DNA from: Alphaproteobacteria bacterium
GTDB taxonomy: Bacteria > Pseudomonadota > Alphaproteobacteria > JASGCL01
Length of the DNA: 64,000 nucleotides
Reading direction: 5' to 3'
NCBI GenBank assembly: GCA_965203915.1
Contig: OZ241918.1
Coordinates: 1,013,937 to 1,077,936, forward strand
Positions 62,824-64,000 of this stretch are shown one piece after another. The notes under the pieces were generated by a model. It made no database searches. It was given only the letters and a program-made list of their open reading frames with translations, and had not been told where the DNA came from. The translations under genes and the position numbers were made by a program. Every line of letters begins with the position of its first letter. Within the stretch, counting starts at the first letter, position 1.

Positions 62824-63936
62824 TTATTTATTGTCTAGCAATTTTTGCTGAACACGCTCAATCACGGCATCCCAGTCGCCAGGTTTGGTGCAGCGAAAAA
62901 TAGTCGTGGTAGGATACCAAGGCGAAGCGTGGGTTTGTTCGGCCTTGCCCAAACCCAATCGCCAATCGGAGGCATAAGGTGCCATAACCCATGTTGTTTT
63001 ACCCAACGCCGCCGCGACATGCATGACCGAGGAATCGATGGTGATAATGATATCCATTTCTTGAATAAACCTTGCGGTATCGGCGAAGTTCTTGATATGA
63101 AGCGACAAATCAAGGAAGGCCGCCTCCATGCCAATTTCTGCAATTTCTTTTGACTTCTCACCCACTTGCAAAGAATAAAAATCGCAATCCTCGGCATCCC
63201 ATAATGGCAGCAGCGTTTTTAATGACGGGATAGAGCGCAAGGAATTATCGTTGCTGTTAACATTCGATGACCAAGCCAAACCAATTTTGCGCCGCCCCGC
63301 AACCTTCGGCAACAGGTCCTTACCAGCGGAGGTTGGGCTAAGGTAAGCAGGGTTTTTCTTATTGCCAAACGGGATCTTATCCATGGTTAGTTTGAGATGA
63401 TAAGGCAAACTGCCCAACCTTAACCAGCAATCAAAACTGGGTGGTGTTGCGCCGCGCGCCACCACATCCATGCCTTGGCTAATGGGGGAAGAGGCGAATA
63501 GCTCGACCAACTCAGGATAAACCTCCAATATGATTTTTTTGCCACCTTGTTTTTTAGCCAATTGAAGGAAATCGGGTAGCAAGCGACCAAATTGAATAAC
63601 ATCGCCAAAGCCTTGCTCGGCGGCGATTAAAATGGTTTTGTCTTTCAAAGTTTCTTTGCCGCGCCACAAATTGCCGTCTTGGTGATGCGGCAAGGTTGCC
63701 CATATGGGCTGGCTAAATAATTTAACATTGGGGTCGTTGCGTATTTCGTAATATTCAAAACCTTTTTCATAATCGCCCGCCTTAAGGTAAGAAAAAATAC
63801 GATGACGATAAAATTTACCTTTGAAGGGCTCGATAGCCTCGGGCGGCAGTTTTTCTAATCGCGCGATGATGTCGAAGGCTTTTTTCATGCCCGCCTTATC
63901 GCTGTTGGCATCGCGGTAAAGCGATATCAATTCCAC
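62824..63936 (-). CDS. Family 9 glycosyltransferase (heptosyltransferase-like) with N-terminal helical (TPR-like) region
   Basis: C-terminal ...IIITIDSSVMHVAAALGKTTWVM... resembles the heptosyltransferase GT9 motif. An in-frame stop lies 15 bp upstream of the ATG. Confidence 0.6.
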   Translation of the reverse strand: MELISLYRDANSDKAGMKKAFDIIARLEKLPPEAIEPFKGKFYRHRIFSYLKAGDYEKGFEYYEIRNDPNVKLFSQPIWATLPHHQDGNLWRGKETLKDKTILIAAEQGFGDVIQFGRLLPDFLQLAKKQGGKKIILEVYPELVELFASSPISQGMDVVARGATPPSFDCWLRLGSLPYHLKLTMDKIPFGNKKNPAYLSPTSAGKDLLPKVAGRRKIGLAWSSNVNSNDNSLRSIPSLKTLLPLWDAEDCDFYSLQVGEKSKEIAEIGMEAAFLDLSLHIKNFADTARFIQEMDIIITIDSSVMHVAAALGKTTWVMAPYASDWRLGLGKAEQTHASPWYPTTTIFRCTKPGDWDAVIERVQQKLLDNK

Positions 63937-64000
63937 CCCTGCCTCGGCTATGTTAAGGGGCGTTGCCTTGTCAAATTTTAAAACCCATTCAAAATCTTCG

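Overview
This is a low-GC chromosomal window of alphaproteobacterial type, with AT-rich intergenic spacers and an endosymbiont-like look. Coordinates 1-21.1 kb are entirely minus-strand housekeeping genes. They run ccmC(partial)-ccmB-ccmA, then nusB-ribH-ribE, then a complete, colinear alpha/spc/S10/str ribosomal superoperon (rplQ, rpoA, rpsK, rpsM, adk, secY, rplO ... rpsJ, fusA, rpsG, rpsL). In that operon fusA sits immediately beside rpsJ, so the locus has no tuf. Several ribosomal proteins carry Lys-rich low-complexity tails. From 21-64 kb the content is mixed. It holds a Pro/Ala-rich bitopic membrane protein, pepA, a marR-ompR-like-histidine kinase operon, mrcA, a dacA-like gene with a long basic tail, a fatty-acid-hydroxylase-family gene, kdsB, a COQ9-like gene and ileS. 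Next come two AT-rich hypothetical membrane proteins. A metF / RamA-like reductive activase / MtrH-like pterin-binding methyltransferase cluster follows; it resembles the accessory part of a split cobalamin methionine synthase. That cluster is split by an AT-rich two-gene BcgI-like type IIB restriction-modification island. The remainder holds a tandem-cupin gene plus an AT-rich orphan, a secreted GH46 chitosanase, ligA, a phage T4 endonuclease V-like pyrimidine-dimer glycosylase, polyamine-catabolism genes (a puuB-like oxidase, a PotF-like binding protein and a class III transaminase), argB, ruvA, rpmF-plsX-fabH, and an LPS-type glycosyltransferase cluster. I found no rRNA, tRNA, CRISPR array or transposase. 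The most unusual parts are the RM island inside the methyl-transfer operon, the two uncharacterised membrane proteins, the Pro-rich protein, and the chitosanase and endoV genes, which look foreign.
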